From Promethearchaeota archaeon (GTDB lineage: Archaea; Asgardarchaeota; Odinarchaeia; Odinarchaeales; JBHLKK01), in NCBI GenBank assembly GCA_048939465.1, contig JBHLPL010000004.1, positions 42,457-49,239 on the forward strand: DNA of 6,783 bases. The letters run 5' to 3'. Below the pieces are notes generated by a model. The model was not told the origin of the DNA and did not search any database. It saw only the letters and a list, made by a program, of their open reading frames with translations. Positions within the stretch are counted from its first letter, which is position 1, and the number at the start of each line of letters is the position of its first letter. Below are positions 6,108 through 6,783 of this stretch, piece by piece. The position numbers and the translations under genes were made by a program.

Positions 6108-6782
6108 CTAACCCACAGTAAGATAATAGTTTTTGATCTTTGCTTCGCTTAGATTGACTACGGCACCCAGAAGAGATCCTTGTTCATAAGAGCTGCCAGG
6201 ATTTATACACAGAGTACGACCAAACTGAGACTCCCCTTTGCCTTCGTGAATATGGCCGAATAATCCAAGGAGTGGCTGATACTTTTTTAGAGCATCTCTG
6301 ACTGCAACACTTCCGACAGGAATTGTGACGCGTCCACCATACTTCGGTCTTAGGTTTTCATCAAGCTCAGGAGCTTCATCAAGCAGTGACTTATACGGTG
6401 GTGCATGAATGTTGAAAATGGCATTCGGCATATCTTGGACTTGAGATGTCATTGCCTCTATTCTTTCTGCAATCTCTTCTTCACCACATTCCCTGTATGT
6501 ATGCCAAGGTGTGGGGTTTGTCCAACCAGTGCTTATCATCTCATGGTATTCGTCAATTTTGAATACACGACCTTCTGCCAGATTAACTTTCTTTGCTTTC
6601 TCAATCATTGCATCTATTTCGAATTCATCATCATTACCAGGACATACATAGCACTGGATTTTTGTGTCTTTTAGTTTTTCATCAGCAATCTGCATCCATT
6701 TTTTTACTCTTTCGAGCATAAAATTCAAAAAAAGCTCATCGATCTTCTTTGGTTCAGCCTTCAATTCTTCAATCTCTTTGTA
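6108..6782 (-). CDS. Calcineurin-like metallophosphoesterase (Icc-related, COG2129-like), 5'-partial
   Basis: The frame is open to the window edge (YKEIEELKAEPKK...), so the TTG at 6764 is probably internal. Motifs 'CPGNDD' (6627-6638), 'GWTNPTPW.T.RE', 'HAPP', 'GS.AVR', 'LFGHIHE' (6246-6257) and 'INPGS.Y'. Stop TAG. Confidence 0.88.
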   Translation of the reverse strand, partial: YKEIEELKAEPKKIDELFLNFMLERVKKWMQIADEKLKDTKIQCYVCPGNDDEFEIDAMIEKAKKVNLAEGRVFKIDEYHEMISTGWTNPTPWHTYRECGEEEIAERIEAMTSQVQDMPNAIFNIHAPPYKSLLDEAPELDENLRPKYGGRVTIPVGSVAVRDALKKYQPLLGLFGHIHEGKGESQFGRTLCINPGSSYEQGSLLGAVVNLSEAKIKNYYLTVG

Positions 6783-6783
6783 A

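Noticed and set aside
451-6674. Alternative ORFs in the track (451-669, 1075-1305, 1526-1942, 2397-2675, 2912-3100, 3373-3636, 3866-4060, 4342-4554, 4778-5014, 5786-6034, 6405-6674)
   Set aside because: All overlap well-supported genes in antisense or shifted frames and show no recognisable motifs; treated as shadow ORFs.

Overview
Gene-dense, probably archaeal window (MtrH, tungsten AOR, TATA/BRE-like promoters; lineage is inferred, Bathyarchaeia-like being one possibility). Order: 5'-truncated MtrH/MtgA-family pterin methyltransferase (+), 4x[4Fe-4S] ferredoxin-like subunit (+), tungsten aldehyde:ferredoxin oxidoreductase (+), convergent group III Fe-dependent alcohol dehydrogenase with choline dehydrogenase (GbsB)-like motifs (-), divergent uncharacterised Pol-beta-type nucleotidyltransferase-fold protein (+), and a convergent, 5'-truncated Icc-like metallophosphoesterase (-). 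Main hypotheses: (1) an oxygen-independent alcohol -> aldehyde -> acid -> methyl-transfer module, possibly choline -> betaine aldehyde -> glycine betaine -> pterin methylation; (2) a nucleotidyltransferase/phosphodiesterase 'writer/eraser' pair of unknown function. Non-coding signals include an identical 8-mer at -20 of both AOR-module start codons, an operator-like palindrome over the predicted adh start site, and a possible three-way-junction RNA. No rRNA, tRNA, CRISPR array or mobile element was seen. Comparisons with reference proteins are from memory, not database searches.
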